A stretch of 39,193 nucleotides of DNA from the NCBI RefSeq assembly GCF_004010195.1, contig NC_057756.1, positions 4,083,232 to 4,122,424 on the forward strand, read 5' to 3'. The translations under genes were made by a program, and so were the position numbers. The stretch is from Chiloscyllium plagiosum (Eukaryota). The notes below the pieces were generated by a model. It was not told the DNA's origin. It saw nothing but the letters and a program-made list of their open reading frames with translations, and searched no databases. Positions 37,501 to 39,193 of this stretch are shown in pieces. Every line of letters starts with the position of its first letter. Position 1 is the stretch's first letter.

Positions 37501-38954
37501 TTCTTATTTTTCTCAGAATAAGAGTGTGCCACTAGCCGGAACAACATTTATTGAACATGTCTAACTGTGCAGAGAGCAGTTAATAGTTAACGTCATCGCT
37601 GTAGATCAGGAGTTACATGAAGGCCAGATCCGTACGTGAGTTGGATATATTCATTCTCCAAAGTCAGAAATAAAACAATTGCAAGTTTAGTACAATCGGC
37701 AGTAGATACACAGATTAAATGAAAAAGAACTTTTTTTTTCCTGACGTTTCCCTCAATCTGAAAAATATTGTACAATTCCCTTCATTCAGTGTCAGCATTT
37801 TAATGTCGTAATATACTCCAACTCTTTGCATTGGGTTATTTAGGCACTATACTATAATTCTATCGTTCAAGCCAATTGTGTATATTGAAAATGGTTAAGG
37901 TGCATTAAAACTTCGATTTGCTATTATGATTCTTAAAGTACTGGCTTTAAATATTTTGTATGCTCCAATAAAACGGTTTTATGATTTTCATATGTTCATA
38001 AATTTAGGGGTGAAGTTTACAGATCAGCCTCAAGGTAACCGATCACAAACATGTTACTTTTCATTCTTTTCAAAGATCATCAAGTTTGAAGGCAAAAAAA
38101 GATCATTTGTATTCAATAAGGCCGCAGCACAAATGTTAGCCAATCTGCCTCTCCCAAATGAAATTTAAGAAGCACGATGTCAGCGTAATTCGATTTTTAT
38201 TTTTTGCATTTCCAGATGCATCAATTTGTCTTTTCAACCGTTCTTCCAGAATGCTTGGAAAATTAGACTGCTGTGCTGCTAGTTCATATTCAATCAAGGC
38301 ATCTTACAAGGGACTGTATACAGGAATTTAACTTCTTTCACACACTGCAACAGTTCATGTACGGTTAATATGTTGGATTTATTCATGATTGTAAAAGTCC
38401 TATTTCCATGATCAATGAGCACAATTTGTAATGAACTGGTTTTATAACACATTAGACATCTTTATTGACAGATCCACACCAATCAGATATGTGTGGACCT
38501 TACCTATTCTAAGCCCTCCTGAAACTGTCACGAAAACCAGTTAATCTTTTACTCATAAAATTGTTGGGGCTACTTTGCTGAATGACACCTCCGTTTCCAC
38601 TCCTCTTAATTGAAAACCTCCAGAATCAAATGTGTGATCAAATGATGTTGAATATTTGTTTTGCGAAAGATTGTTTTCGAAACGCCACCTAGTTGCATTT
38701 ATGTGAAAACAAAATGTTAATTTATCCTCAGATCAGAGCATAGGAAGTATAGCTTCAGGTATGTTCATATTTTATAATTCTTGAAACATTTTTGTTTATA
38801 CAACATTTTGGTTCGGAATTGATAGATCAAATAATAGGATTACAGTATCTGACAGAGTACTGTGGAAGTGAAGCATAATCGCTGGTTGCCAGTTTCATAT
38901 TTTGAATCCTTTTGTTTGTTTCCTTTAAATGACGTTTGCCTAACTGAAGGCGTA

Positions 38955-39161
38955 ATAGAGTCATAGGGTAGTACAGCACCGAAGTAGACACTTCAATTCA
39001 ATTCGTCCCATGCCAATCACATATACTAAAGTAATCGAGTATCATTTGCCAGCATTTGGCCCATACCCCCGAAACCTTCCTGTTCATGTATCCGTCCAGA
39101 TGGATTTTACATTTTGTTGCTGTGCAAAACTCCACGACTTCCTCTGGCAGGTTGTTCCATA
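38955..39161 (-). mobile_element. CR1/HER1 LINE 3' end
   Basis: Reverse complement reads WNNLPEEVVE...HLDGYMNRK..GYGPNAGK, then the 3' UTR and tail. Confidence 0.8.
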
Positions 39162-39193
39162 TTCTGGATTAGTGGTGCTGGAAGAGCACAGCA
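39162..39193 (-). mobile_element. Terminus of a Penelope element of the family at 5948-6620, running off the window
   Basis: tctggattagtggtgctggaagagcacagca resembles 5978-6008 (tagatcagagtggtgctgcaaaagcacaaaa). Confidence 0.6.

Noticed and set aside
36290..38770. Possible endogenous mononegaviral L gene on the minus strand (FHFLFWLLDNPHV resembling the GHP motif; some longer open stretches)
   Set aside because: Stop frequency in the frames I translated is close to random expectation for AT-rich DNA, and no convincing KERE, motif A or GDNQ follows at the expected spacing.

Overview
Repeat-rich vertebrate genomic DNA with no intact host gene I can support. The repeat families (HE1-like tRNA SINE, HER1/CR1-type LINEs with an SGNH-esterase ORF1, two Penelope-like families, an L1-Tx1 fragment, solo LTRs) point to a cartilaginous fish, probably a shark (inference). 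Most ORF-track entries are decayed transposon fragments or chance ORFs. The most interesting structure is at ~11.93-18.80 kb. An old CR1 LINE is split inside its endonuclease by a short LTR-like element, which is itself split at one site by five head-to-tail minus-strand insertions. One insertion is a 5'-truncated Tx1 LINE; four are 1.4-1.6 kb non-coding, A-tailed elements. All six junctions carry the same ~70-75 bp host sequence, ending in a near-palindrome (consensus GGAGATT-CT-AATCTCC). The four non-coding inserts also carry extra tandem ~55-bp copies of that host sequence at their 5' ends. I interpret this as a possible target-specific Tx1 plus non-autonomous partner system that parasitises an LTR promoter and accumulates 5' tags (hypothesis). 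Penelope ends carry minimal hammerhead-ribozyme motifs. 26-39 kb is mostly AT-rich sequence without recognisable genes. Boundaries were read by eye and are approximate.
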